Assembly (NCBI GenBank): GCA_040386535.1
Contig: JAZKFH010000024.1
Span: 1 to 64,000 of the forward strand
From: Myxococcota bacterium
GTDB lineage: Bacteria; Myxococcota_A; UBA796; SXON01
DNA: 64,000 bases
Direction of reading: 5' to 3'
Shown piece by piece: positions 17,806-26,268 of the stretch; the stretch's first letter is position 1, and the number at the start of each line of letters is the position of its first letter. The notes beneath the pieces are model-generated. The model made no database searches. It was not told the DNA's origin and was given only the letters and a program-made list of their open reading frames with translations. A program made the position numbers and the translations under genes.

Positions 17806-18250
17806 GGACGACGGCGACGAGGACGACGCGATCTTCGCCGAGATCAACATCACGCCGCTCACCGACGTGTTCCTGGTCCTCCTCATCATCTTCATGGTGG
17901 TCTCCTCCTCGATGGTCGAGGCGGAGAAGCAGGCGGCCGCCGCGAAGGGCCTCCTGTCCGAGCGCGCGCTCCAGGTCCAGACGCCGCAGGGCACGGGCGA
18001 GACCCCGCTCGTCCCCAAGGACATCGTGATCTCGGTGCTCCCGGACGGGACACTTTTTGTCGAAGATGACCAGATCACGATCGACCAGCTGGATGGGAAG
18101 CTCGGCGAGATCAAGCGCGGAGCCGCCTCCACGCGCGTGGTGATTCGTGGGGACCAGACAGCCACCTACGAGTTGATCATGAAGGTCATCTCGAAGGCGC
18201 GCGAGGCCGGGCTGACGGACGTGGCCCTGGCGAGCCGCTCGCGCCAGTAG
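17783..18250 (+). CDS. ExbD/TolR biopolymer transporter
   Basis: EINITPLTDVFLVLLIIFMV, VVIRGD..A.Y. Confidence 0.92.
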   Translation: MQGAPQDRDDGDEDDAIFAEINITPLTDVFLVLLIIFMVVSSSMVEAEKQAAAAKGLLSERALQVQTPQGTGETPLVPKDIVISVLPDGTLFVEDDQITIDQLDGKLGEIKRGAASTRVVIRGDQTATYELIMKVISKAREAGLTDVALASRSRQ

Positions 18251-18314
18251 CGGCGGGCGCGGTAGGCTCGGGAGACACGGGCGGGCGCTACGATCCGCAC
18301 GCCATCGGAGTCTC

Positions 18315-19712
18315 ATGCGGTCGAACCTCTCCCTCGTCCTCCTCTGCGTGGTCGGCTGTGCCGATCCGGACGGGTCCCGGAAGCTCGAGGACCCCTCGGT
18401 CGAGGAGCCGTCGAACGACGGCACCGACACCCCGCGAGCCGGCTCGAGCGCCGGGAGCGACACCGGTCCTGGCCCCGACCCCCTCTCCGAGGAGCCCGTG
18501 GCGCAGCCGAAATGGCAGGGCATGTGGGGCGCGCACGACGAGAGCATCCGCCTCGACGGCCGCGGCAGCTACGACCCCGCCGGGGCAACGTTGACGTACC
18601 GCTGGAGCGCCACGAACGGCAGCTTCGACAACGACACCTCCGCCACCCCCTGGTACACCGGGGAGAGCGGCCCGGTCACGCTGGTCGTGGCCTCGTCGAC
18701 CCAGTCGAGCGCCCCTGTCACCATGACCGTCGTCTCCGACCAGACCGGCGCCCGGATCCCGACCGACTACCCCACGGTCGAGCTGGCGCTGTCCGCCGGC
18801 GAGACCATCCTGTTCCTCGAAGCAGGCACCTACGGGCCCATCGACGGCGCCGCGGCGATCATCGGCGACCCCGACGGGGGCGTGATCATCGACGCCGCGG
18901 GGGCGCCCACCGCGGTCACCGGGGCCAGCTACCTGCGCCACCTCACCATCACGGGCGCCGCCGAACACGGCGTGTACGCCGACACCGACATCCGCATCCA
19001 CGACTGCGTGATCGAGGGCAACGGCACCACCGCCGTCGACGGCGGCGGCCTGTGGTCGAACGCGTCGGTGGTGCTCATGGACACGGTCGTGCAGGGCAAC
19101 GCCGGCTACCTCGGCGGCGGCATCTACGTGGAGCGCAACGCCAGCTTGTACGCGCAGCAGGTGGTCATCGCGGACAACGTCGCCGAGTACGGCGGCGGCC
19201 TCTACGCCAACACGACCTTCGGCAACGTCACGCTCCAGAACACGTTGGTCGTGGGCAACACCGCCCACATCAACGGCGGCGGCGGCGTGTTCCTGGACAC
19301 GCGCGCCTTCCTGCGCCGCGTCACGGTGAGCGACAACGCGCCGGGAGGCGTGCGCTTGCGCTACGGCTACTTCGAGGTGGCTCAGTCGGTCTTCGGCCAC
19401 AACACCGTGTACGGGATCGACGTCACCGACGCGGCAACCCTCAAGGTCGCCGACTCGATGTTCGGCAGCTCCGACATCGTCAGCGGAGCGGCGACTCCCG
19501 ATCCAGCCGACGGCAACGTGATCGACGACCCACTGTTCTCCGCCTTCACCCCCGGATCGGCGTGGACCGACCAGGACCTCCGCCTGTCCACACGCTCGCC
19601 GGGCGCCGACCTGCTCCCCGACGGCCAGGATCGCGACGGCACCGCGCAGGACGTCGGCGCCTACGGTGGATTCCTCGGGCGCTTCCCGTCGGGCGAGCAG
19701 GGTAGATGGTGA
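18315..19712 (+). CDS. Lipoprotein with PKD-like domain and right-handed beta-helix
   Basis: Lipobox VVGC; LDGRGSYDP...LTYRW; repeated N.A..GGG(I/L)Y; C-terminal DVGAYGG. Confidence 0.85.
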   Translation: MRSNLSLVLLCVVGCADPDGSRKLEDPSVEEPSNDGTDTPRAGSSAGSDTGPGPDPLSEEPVAQPKWQGMWGAHDESIRLDGRGSYDPAGATLTYRWSATNGSFDNDTSATPWYTGESGPVTLVVASSTQSSAPVTMTVVSDQTGARIPTDYPTVELALSAGETILFLEAGTYGPIDGAAAIIGDPDGGVIIDAAGAPTAVTGASYLRHLTITGAAEHGVYADTDIRIHDCVIEGNGTTAVDGGGLWSNASVVLMDTVVQGNAGYLGGGIYVERNASLYAQQVVIADNVAEYGGGLYANTTFGNVTLQNTLVVGNTAHINGGGGVFLDTRAFLRRVTVSDNAPGGVRLRYGYFEVAQSVFGHNTVYGIDVTDAATLKVADSMFGSSDIVSGAATPDPADGNVIDDPLFSAFTPGSAWTDQDLRLSTRSPGADLLPDGQDRDGTAQDVGAYGGFLGRFPSGEQGRW

Positions 19713-19730
19713 GCTCCCACGGCGTGTGAT

Positions 19731-20573
19731 CTGACCGGCACCCTGCACCTCGTCCCGACGCCCATCGGCAACCCCGAAGACATCACGCTCCGCGCGCTCC
19801 GTGTGCTCAAGGAGGTCGACGTCATCGCCGCCGAGGACACCCGCGTCACCGCCGTGCTCCTACGCGCGCACGACATCCGCACCCCCCTGCTGAGCTACCA
19901 CGACCACAACGAGGTCTCGCGCGCCGCCGAGCTGGTCGAGCGCATCCAGGGGGGCGCCAGCGTGGCCCTCGTGAGCGATGCCGGCACGCCGCTCGTGAAC
20001 GACCCGGGGTGGCGCGTGGTGCGCGCCTGCATCGACGCGGGGCTGCCGATCGAGGTCCTGCCCGGCGCGTGCGCCGCGATCGTCGGGCTCGCGGGCGCGG
20101 GCCTCCCGGTCGACCGCTTCTACTACGGCGGCTTCCTCCCGCGCGACGAGGGGCCGCGCCGGGAGGCCCTCGCGGAGCTCGCGGGCCTGCACGCCACGCT
20201 CGTCTTCTACGAGTCGCCGGTCCGCCTCGGGGCCACGCTCGACACGATCGCCGCCTTGTGGCCCGCGCGCCCCGTGTGCGTGGCGCGAAACCTCACCAAG
20301 GCCTTCGAGCAGTGGATCCGCGGGACGGCGGCCGAGGCGCGCGTTGTGCTCGGGGACGAGACCCGCGGCGAGGTCGTGCTCCTCGTGGGAGGGGCGCCCG
20401 AGGGCGCCACCATCGAGCCCGCCGCGCTCGACGCCGCGATCGTCCGCCTCGTCGGCGAGGGGGTGGGCGCGCGCGACATCGCCGCGCAGCTGGCCGCGGC
20501 GACCGGGCTGCCGCGGCGCGAGGTCTACCAGCGCACGCTGGCGCTCAGTCGATCCGGACCACCGCGCACGTGA
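19731..20573 (+). CDS. rsmI: 16S rRNA (cytidine(1402)-2'-O)-methyltransferase
   Basis: GTLHLVPTPIGNPEDITLRA, AAEDTR, VSDAGTPLVNDPG, FYESP, RNLTKAFE. Start codon uncertain (CTG at 19731). Confidence 0.9.
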   Translation: MTGTLHLVPTPIGNPEDITLRALRVLKEVDVIAAEDTRVTAVLLRAHDIRTPLLSYHDHNEVSRAAELVERIQGGASVALVSDAGTPLVNDPGWRVVRACIDAGLPIEVLPGACAAIVGLAGAGLPVDRFYYGGFLPRDEGPRREALAELAGLHATLVFYESPVRLGATLDTIAALWPARPVCVARNLTKAFEQWIRGTAAEARVVLGDETRGEVVLLVGGAPEGATIEPAALDAAIVRLVGEGVGARDIAAQLAAATGLPRREVYQRTLALSRSGPPRT

Positions 20574-21543
20574 GCCCGATCTGCTCCTTCTTGTCGCCGC
20601 AGGTCTTGTAGCGATCGAAGTAGACCGCGTGCTTTCCCGCGTCGGAGAGCGGGACCTGCACGTCCCAACGGGGGCCGAACTTCGCGTCTTCCACAGCGGC
20701 CACGTCGGACTGGGACTTGACCCAGTCCTTGTACACGTCCGCCGAGTAGGTGCAGCCGGCCGCGCCCTTCTGCTCCTTCTGGAGGATGGCGGAGAACTTG
20801 ATCGTGCCCGCGGGCTGGACCGCCGCGTGCGTGTCATCCGCGCCGGGGGCCCAGGCGGAGTCGACGTCCTTGCAGGACTGGTAGATGTACTCTTCCTTGG
20901 CCTTCTCGAACTTGGCGGTTCCGAGCACGTTCTCGTACTCGTTCACCTTGCCGTCGACCATGGTCATGTACTTGTCCTGGATGGTGACCTGGCACTTGCC
21001 CTTGTCGACCGCCACCATGAACTTGCCGCGGATCTTGTTGTTCGGATTGTTGTCCGCGGTCTTCTGCGCGTCGCGCTCGGCGGGCTTCAACTTCTTGAGC
21101 TCGTCGTTGATCTTCGTGGCGACCTTGTCGATCTCCGCCTGCGGGACGCCGAGGCCGGGGACAGCGGCCAGCGCCGCGGGATCACACACGCCGTCGTGGG
21201 TGGCCGCCCAGGCCTTGCACCACGCCTCGGCGTGGAAGTCGTCCTCGAGGCAGGTGGCGAGCTTGCCCTTCACCGTGCAGCTGTAGTCGTACACGTCGCC
21301 CAGGGAGCCGGCGGTGTAGCGGGCCTTCAAGGTGCCCGCGGCGTCCTCGAAGCGGATGCGCGCGATCGGGTTCGGCTTGTCGCCCTGGGCCAGGGGCTTC
21401 AGGTGGATCCACGAGGAACCGGGGAGCGTCGCGATGTCCACGCCGCAGGTGTCGGGGGGCGCCGCGTCGGCCTTCTTGGCTTCGGGCTCGGGAACGCAGC
21501 CCGTGCCGAGCAGGGCGAGCGCACAGATCAGGGGAAAGCGCAT
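20545..21543 (-). CDS. Cys-rich hypothetical lipoprotein
   Basis: Lipobox LGTGC; strong GC3 bias; multiple Cys. Confidence 0.85.
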   Translation of the reverse strand: MRFPLICALALLGTGCVPEPEAKKADAAPPDTCGVDIATLPGSSWIHLKPLAQGDKPNPIARIRFEDAAGTLKARYTAGSLGDVYDYSCTVKGKLATCLEDDFHAEAWCKAWAATHDGVCDPAALAAVPGLGVPQAEIDKVATKINDELKKLKPAERDAQKTADNNPNNKIRGKFMVAVDKGKCQVTIQDKYMTMVDGKVNEYENVLGTAKFEKAKEEYIYQSCKDVDSAWAPGADDTHAAVQPAGTIKFSAILQKEQKGAAGCTYSADVYKDWVKSQSDVAAVEDAKFGPRWDVQVPLSDAGKHAVYFDRYKTCGDKKEQIGLTCAVVRID

Positions 21544-21684
21544 GCAGGTCTCCAGTACAATGTGCGATTACAACCGCGCCCGCCCAGCGTGTCAAGCACG
21601 CACGTTCGCGGCCGCCCCTGTGGCGATGCAGGTCACCCCGCCGGGCATCCCGTTCACGATCTCCTGACAGCTTCCCAGTAGAAC

Positions 21685-21757
21685 CGCGCTCCGCCATCTG
21701 GTACAAACGTCACGCTTCGGCACTTCGACCCCGTTCCAACCAGATGGCGCAATCGCG
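21685..21757 (+). promoter_or_regulatory. Structured 5' leader (long hairpin) upstream of the aglR-like gene
   Basis: Perfect 11-bp inverted repeat CGCCATCTGGT (21692-21702) / ACCAGATGGCG (21739-21749) with an internal gcTTCGgc hairpin; ends just before the GAGGAG RBS. Confidence 0.5.
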
Positions 21758-21773
21758 CTGAAGAGGAGTACCC

Positions 21774-22439
21774 GTGTCCTTTGTCCATGACGCCGTCGAG
21801 TTCTACAGGGAAGGTGGTTGGGGTATGCACCTCATCACCGGCTGCCTCATCGCCTCCGTCGCGATCACGCTCGAGCGCATCAAGGTGCTCTACGTCGACT
21901 CCGCCGAGAACAAGCACGCGCTCCTCACCGGCCTGAACCAGCACATCATGCGCGGTGACATGCAGGCCGCGATCCGCTGGCTCTCCAGCCAGAAGCAGGG
22001 CCCGCTCTCCCGCATCCTGCGCGCCGGCCTCCTCAAGGCCCACCGCCCCGACAAGGAGATCCAGGCCGCCCTCGACCAGGCGTCCCTCTCCGAGGTCCCC
22101 AAGATCGAGTCCCGCACGGGCTACCTCGCGGTGCTCTCCAACGCGGCGACCCTCGCGGCGCTCTTCGGCACCATCATGGGTCTGATCAAGACCTTCGGCG
22201 CGGTCGCCAACGCCGACCCCGCCCAGAAGGCCACCCTGCTCTCGGCCGGTATCTCCGAGGCCATGCACTGCACGGCGTACGGCCTCGGCACCGCGGTGCC
22301 GGTGCTCCTCGCCTACGCGATCCTGCAGGCGAAGACCCAGCACATCCTCGAAGCGATCAACGAGTCCGTCGTGGCCGAGATCAACTTCGTGCTCTCGAAC
22401 CGCGCGGCCAAGCAGGAAGGCGCGCAGGCTTCGGGGTAA
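21774..22439 (+). CDS. MotA/TolQ/ExbB-family protein (AglR-like)
   Basis: ATLAALFGTIMGLI, GISEAMHCTAYGL; first gene of a TolQ-TolR-TolR triad. Confidence 0.9.
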   Translation: MSFVHDAVEFYREGGWGMHLITGCLIASVAITLERIKVLYVDSAENKHALLTGLNQHIMRGDMQAAIRWLSSQKQGPLSRILRAGLLKAHRPDKEIQAALDQASLSEVPKIESRTGYLAVLSNAATLAALFGTIMGLIKTFGAVANADPAQKATLLSAGISEAMHCTAYGLGTAVPVLLAYAILQAKTQHILEAINESVVAEINFVLSNRAAKQEGAQASG

Positions 22440-22442
22440 TCC

Positions 22443-22961
22443 ATGGGCGTATCTGTCGAAGGCGGCAAGGGCCGCGGCAAGGGCATGATGGTGGACCTGA
22501 ACCTGGTCCCCTTCATCGACTTCATGTCGTGCCTCATCGCCTTCTTGATGATCGCAGCGGTCTGGACCCAGATCGCCGCGCTCGAGGTCGAGCAAAGCGT
22601 CTCGAATCAGCCCCCGGTGGACGTTCCTCCCCCGGACATCGAGCCGGTCCCCCCCCTCACGATCCACGTGAAGGCGGAAGGGCACTGGATCGGTCGCAAG
22701 GTCGTGGAGGGCATCCAGGTGCCCAAGTCGGGGGAAACCTACGACTACACCAAGCTGGAAGAGCTCCTGGTCAAGGACCACGAGACCTTCCCGGCCGAAG
22801 AGATGGTCATCATCAACACTGATGACGGCGTCCCCTACGAAGAGATGATCCAGGTCCTCGATCTGTCCCGGAAGATCGGGTACCCGAAGACCCTCCTCGC
22901 GGGCGGTCCCCCCTCCGCCACTCCGGCGGAAGGTGCTGCCCCCATGCCCGGCGGAGGCTAA
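22443..22961 (+). CDS. ExbD/TolR-family protein (AglQ-like)
   Basis: DLNLVPFIDFMSCLIAFLMIAAVW; DDGVPYEEMIQVLD. Confidence 0.9.
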   Translation: MGVSVEGGKGRGKGMMVDLNLVPFIDFMSCLIAFLMIAAVWTQIAALEVEQSVSNQPPVDVPPPDIEPVPPLTIHVKAEGHWIGRKVVEGIQVPKSGETYDYTKLEELLVKDHETFPAEEMVIINTDDGVPYEEMIQVLDLSRKIGYPKTLLAGGPPSATPAEGAAPMPGGG

Positions 22962-22964
22962 CCG

Positions 22965-23567
22965 ATGTCTGCGATCATCACTCCAGGGCGTCGGCCCGCG
23001 TTCGCGCCCATCGGTCGCCTTCGTTCGAGCCCGCTGTCCGGCGGCAAGAAAGGCATGTTCGTCAGCCTCAACCTGACGGCCATGGTCGACATGTTCACGA
23101 TCCTCGTCATCTTCCTCATCCAGCTGTTCACGGCTTCGGGTGAGGTGACGCTGAACGACCGGATCCAGGTGCCGAAGTCGGTGGCCGGGCTCCTGCTCGA
23201 AGAAGGCGGCACCATCATCATGATGGACGACGACGGGAGCATCCTGCTCGACAGCCTCCCCATCCCGGAGTCGGAGATGGGCACGGAGCTGGATGTCGTG
23301 ATCCCCGGCATGTCCACGCGCTTGAAGGAGCGCCGCGAACGTGACCTGGCGATCAAGGTCCGCGCGGGCATTCCGACGGATCCCACCCTGCCGTACGACG
23401 GGATCATCATCATCCAGGCCGACATCAAGACCGACTTCCGGAACGTGCGCCGTGTGCTCGCGTCCGCGAACGACGCCGGATGGGCGAAGATCAAGTTCGT
23501 GACGATCCCCTCCAGGGCCCTCGATCCGAACGGCGAAGCGGCCCCGGCCGCGGCCCCCCCGGGCTAG
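22965..23567 (+). CDS. ExbD/TolR-family protein (AglS-like)
   Basis: LNLTAMVDMFTILVIFL; IIQAD..TDF..VRRVL.SA..AG. Confidence 0.9.
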   Translation: MSAIITPGRRPAFAPIGRLRSSPLSGGKKGMFVSLNLTAMVDMFTILVIFLIQLFTASGEVTLNDRIQVPKSVAGLLLEEGGTIIMMDDDGSILLDSLPIPESEMGTELDVVIPGMSTRLKERRERDLAIKVRAGIPTDPTLPYDGIIIIQADIKTDFRNVRRVLASANDAGWAKIKFVTIPSRALDPNGEAAPAAAPPG

Positions 23568-23597
23568 CCGAGCTTCGCGCAGATCTTTCTGCAAGAC

Positions 23598-23637
23598 CGA
23601 AGGCGCCGGAGGCAACTCCGGCGCCTTCGCTGTTTTT
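23598..23637 (+). terminator. Rho-independent terminator
   Basis: CGAAGGCGCCGGAG-GCAA-CTCCGGCGCCTTCG (14-bp stem, GNRA loop) followed by CTGTTTTT. Confidence 0.85.
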
Positions 23638-23703
23638 GGGGCGTGGCGCGGGGCGTGGCGCGGAAGACGACGCTGGCGCTCGGCCGGTGGTTAGGTTCTC
23701 GCG

Positions 23704-24177
23704 ATGGAAGAGGCACCGCCAGACCTCGCCGCCCAGCCCGCGGCCCCTTCGTCCACGACCCCGGCCCTGACGGGTCCGATCGTGCTGTACGACGGCCTGT
23801 GCGGCTTCTGCGACGCGTCGGTGCAGTGGATCCTGCGCACGGACACGTCGGCGCGCTACCGCTTCGCCGCGCTCCAGGGCGACACAGCGGCGGCCATCCT
23901 CGCGCGCCACCCCGAGATCCCCCAGGGCCTCGACAGCATCCTGCTCGTGGAGCCAGACGGCACGGGAGAGCGCGTGTCGTGGCACTCCGCGGCCATCTTC
24001 CGCCTGTGCGCCGGCCTTCCCGGCCCGTGGCGCGCCCTCGCCTGGCTGGGCTTCCTGCCGCGTTTCCTGACGGACCTGGGGTACCGCGCCTTCGCGCGGA
24101 TCCGGTACCTCGTGTGGGGGCGCCGGGAGAGCTGCCGGATCCCGAGCCCCGGCGAACGTGCGCGCTTTTTGCCCTGA
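23704..24177 (+). CDS. DCC1-like thiol-disulfide oxidoreductase (DUF393)
   Basis: LYDGLCGFC (DxxCxxC), FAALQ, Y..FARIRY..WG, ERARFL. Confidence 0.92.
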   Translation: MEEAPPDLAAQPAAPSSTTPALTGPIVLYDGLCGFCDASVQWILRTDTSARYRFAALQGDTAAAILARHPEIPQGLDSILLVEPDGTGERVSWHSAAIFRLCAGLPGPWRALAWLGFLPRFLTDLGYRAFARIRYLVWGRRESCRIPSPGERARFLP

Positions 24178-24246
24178 GCGCCTACCGGCAGAGGTTCTCC
24201 CGCTCGGCCCAGCGACTGCTCCCGGACAACGCGTTAGACGCCCGGC

Positions 24247-26010
24247 GTGGACCACCTCGCATCCTTAGCGGACGCCCTGGAGAACGAGCGACGCGCCGTG
24301 ATCGCCGAGCATGCGCAGCTCAAGGCGCTGCCCATGTCGGAGCGGGTCGCCGCGGGCTTCAGCCTCTCGCCGCTCGACATCGTCACGACCGAGCACCGCT
24401 CGAAGGGTCGCGTGAACGTGATCCTGCGCGGGAAGGACCTGCACGACGCGTTCTCTCCCGGTGATCCCGTGGTGCTCGCGCCGGTGGGCCGGCCCGACGA
24501 GGGCTACGCCGCACGCGTCGAGGGGCGGGACGAGTCGACCATCGAGCTCCGAGTCGAGGGCGAGCCCGAGGGGCGGGGGCCGTGGGCGATCAGCCGCCGG
24601 CTCGACTTCTACGTCCTCGATCTGCAGAAGGCCGCGCTCGAGCGCGCCGAGCGGCTCAACTCGCCGCTCAAGTCGCTGCTCCTCGGCTACGAGAAGCCCT
24701 ACCGGCCCGATCCGTACGACCACCCCGCGTTCGCCCGCCTCGAGCCCGCCCAACGGGAGGCCGCCACGCTCGCGCTCGGCGCCACCGAGATCGGCCTCGT
24801 GCACGGCCCTCCCGGCACCGGCAAGACCGAGGTGCTCGTCGCCATCCTGATGGCCCTCAAGGACCTCGGCGAGGTGCCGTGGGCGCTCGCGGAGAGCAAC
24901 GCGGCGGTCGATCACCTCGCCCTGCGCGCCACGGCCGCCGGGCTCGACGTGGTGCGACTGGGCGTGTCCTCGCGTGTCGGCGGCGCGGCCCAGCACCTCA
25001 CCCTCGAGTACCGCATCCTGCACGGCGCGCGCGCGGCGGTCATCCAGTCGCTCGTGCGGCAGGCGACCAAGGCGAGCGGCTCGGACCTCTTCGAGGTGCG
25101 CAGCGCCATCCGCGAGGAGTGGTCAGCCGCGAAGCGAGAGATCCTGCAGAGCACCGACGTGCTCGCGATGACCCTCGGCACGCTCCACACCCGCGGCGCC
25201 GACCTGAAGGCCCCGCGCACCGCGCTGGTGGACGAGGGCGGGCAGATCTCCGAGCCCGCGCTCTGGCTGCTCGCGTCCCGGGTCAAGCGCATCCTCCTCG
25301 CCGGGGACCCGATGCAGCTCGGCCCCGTCGTCAAGAGCCAGGATCCACGCCTGGAGACCAGCCTGCTCCAGCGCCTCGTGAGCGCCGGCTTCGTGTTCCC
25401 GATGCTCACCGAGCAGCGCCGCATGCGCACCGACCTGATGACGCTCGCGCAGCACACCTACGCTGGCCAGCTCCGGGCCCACCCCGATGTCGCCGAGCGC
25501 CACGTCGAGGACCTGCCCGGCGTGCTCCCCGGCGATTGGACCGAGCCCTCCGCCCGCTTCGTCGACACCGCGGGCCTCTCCTACGACGAGGAGCGCGATC
25601 CGCTCGGCAGCTACCACAACCCCGGCGAGCTCAAGCTCCTCGTGCGGGTGTACCGCTCCCTGGTCGCCAGCGGCGTGAAGCCCGAACACATCGGCATCAT
25701 CACGCCCTACTCGGCGCAGCTCGCCCGCATCCGCGCCGCGCTCCCCGGCGTCGAGGCCGGCACGGTCAACGCGTTCCAGGGCCGCGAGAAGGAGGTCATC
25801 CTCGCGAGCTTCGTGCGCTCGAACCCCGACCAGGAGCTCGGCTTCGTGGCGGACCCCCGCCGGCTCAACGTGAGCGTGACACGGGCGCGGCGCTTGTTCG
25901 TCGGGATTGGGGACTCGTCCACGCTGGGGACTTCGCCGCACTATGACCGGCTCGTGCAGGCGGTGGGGGCTGGGTATGTGAGCGCGTGGGACCTGCTCGA
26001 TGAGGAGTAG
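24247..26010 (+). CDS. Superfamily 1B Upf1/IGHMBP2-like helicase
   Basis: HGPPGTGKT, SNAAVD, VDEGGQ, GDPMQLGP, LTEQRRM, ITPYSAQ, FQGREKE, RLNVSVTRAR. Confidence 0.92.
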   Translation: MDHLASLADALENERRAVIAEHAQLKALPMSERVAAGFSLSPLDIVTTEHRSKGRVNVILRGKDLHDAFSPGDPVVLAPVGRPDEGYAARVEGRDESTIELRVEGEPEGRGPWAISRRLDFYVLDLQKAALERAERLNSPLKSLLLGYEKPYRPDPYDHPAFARLEPAQREAATLALGATEIGLVHGPPGTGKTEVLVAILMALKDLGEVPWALAESNAAVDHLALRATAAGLDVVRLGVSSRVGGAAQHLTLEYRILHGARAAVIQSLVRQATKASGSDLFEVRSAIREEWSAAKREILQSTDVLAMTLGTLHTRGADLKAPRTALVDEGGQISEPALWLLASRVKRILLAGDPMQLGPVVKSQDPRLETSLLQRLVSAGFVFPMLTEQRRMRTDLMTLAQHTYAGQLRAHPDVAERHVEDLPGVLPGDWTEPSARFVDTAGLSYDEERDPLGSYHNPGELKLLVRVYRSLVASGVKPEHIGIITPYSAQLARIRAALPGVEAGTVNAFQGREKEVILASFVRSNPDQELGFVADPRRLNVSVTRARRLFVGIGDSSTLGTSPHYDRLVQAVGAGYVSAWDLLDEE

Positions 26011-26023
26011 GGGCGCTCAGGAA

Positions 26024-26243
26024 GGGAGCCGGAGAATCAGGAAAGCAGGAAACAAGGAAGGCAGGAAGGGGACGAGGAAACGAGGCAAAGGACTCAGTTC
26101 CTACTTCCTACTTCCTGCATTCCTCTATTCCTGCCTTCCTGATTCTCCTGTTCCGGTGCCTTTCGGTGCTGCGGCTGGTCCAGACGGGAGCCGGAGAAGC
26201 AGGAAAGCAGGAAACTAGGAAGGCAGGAAGGGGACGAGGAAAC
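26024..26243. repeat. CAGGAA-based REP/REPIN-like array, locus 1
   Basis: Two ~58-nt direct copies (26024-26081, 26186-26243) flank an inverted related unit (26111-26148). Lies between convergent genes. Confidence 0.85.
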
Positions 26244-26268
26244 CAGAGAAGAGGCCCCGGATCCGTTT

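Noticed and set aside
19710..19712. In-frame TGA between the beta-helix lipoprotein and rsmI as a second Sec codon
   Set aside because: No redox-Cys context and no convincing SECIS hairpin; a secreted-protein/RsmI fusion is implausible.
24247..26010. SF1 helicase as part of an anti-phage system
   Set aside because: No nuclease, methylase or other defence genes adjacent; it resembles the widespread stand-alone IGHMBP2/Upf1-like helicase.
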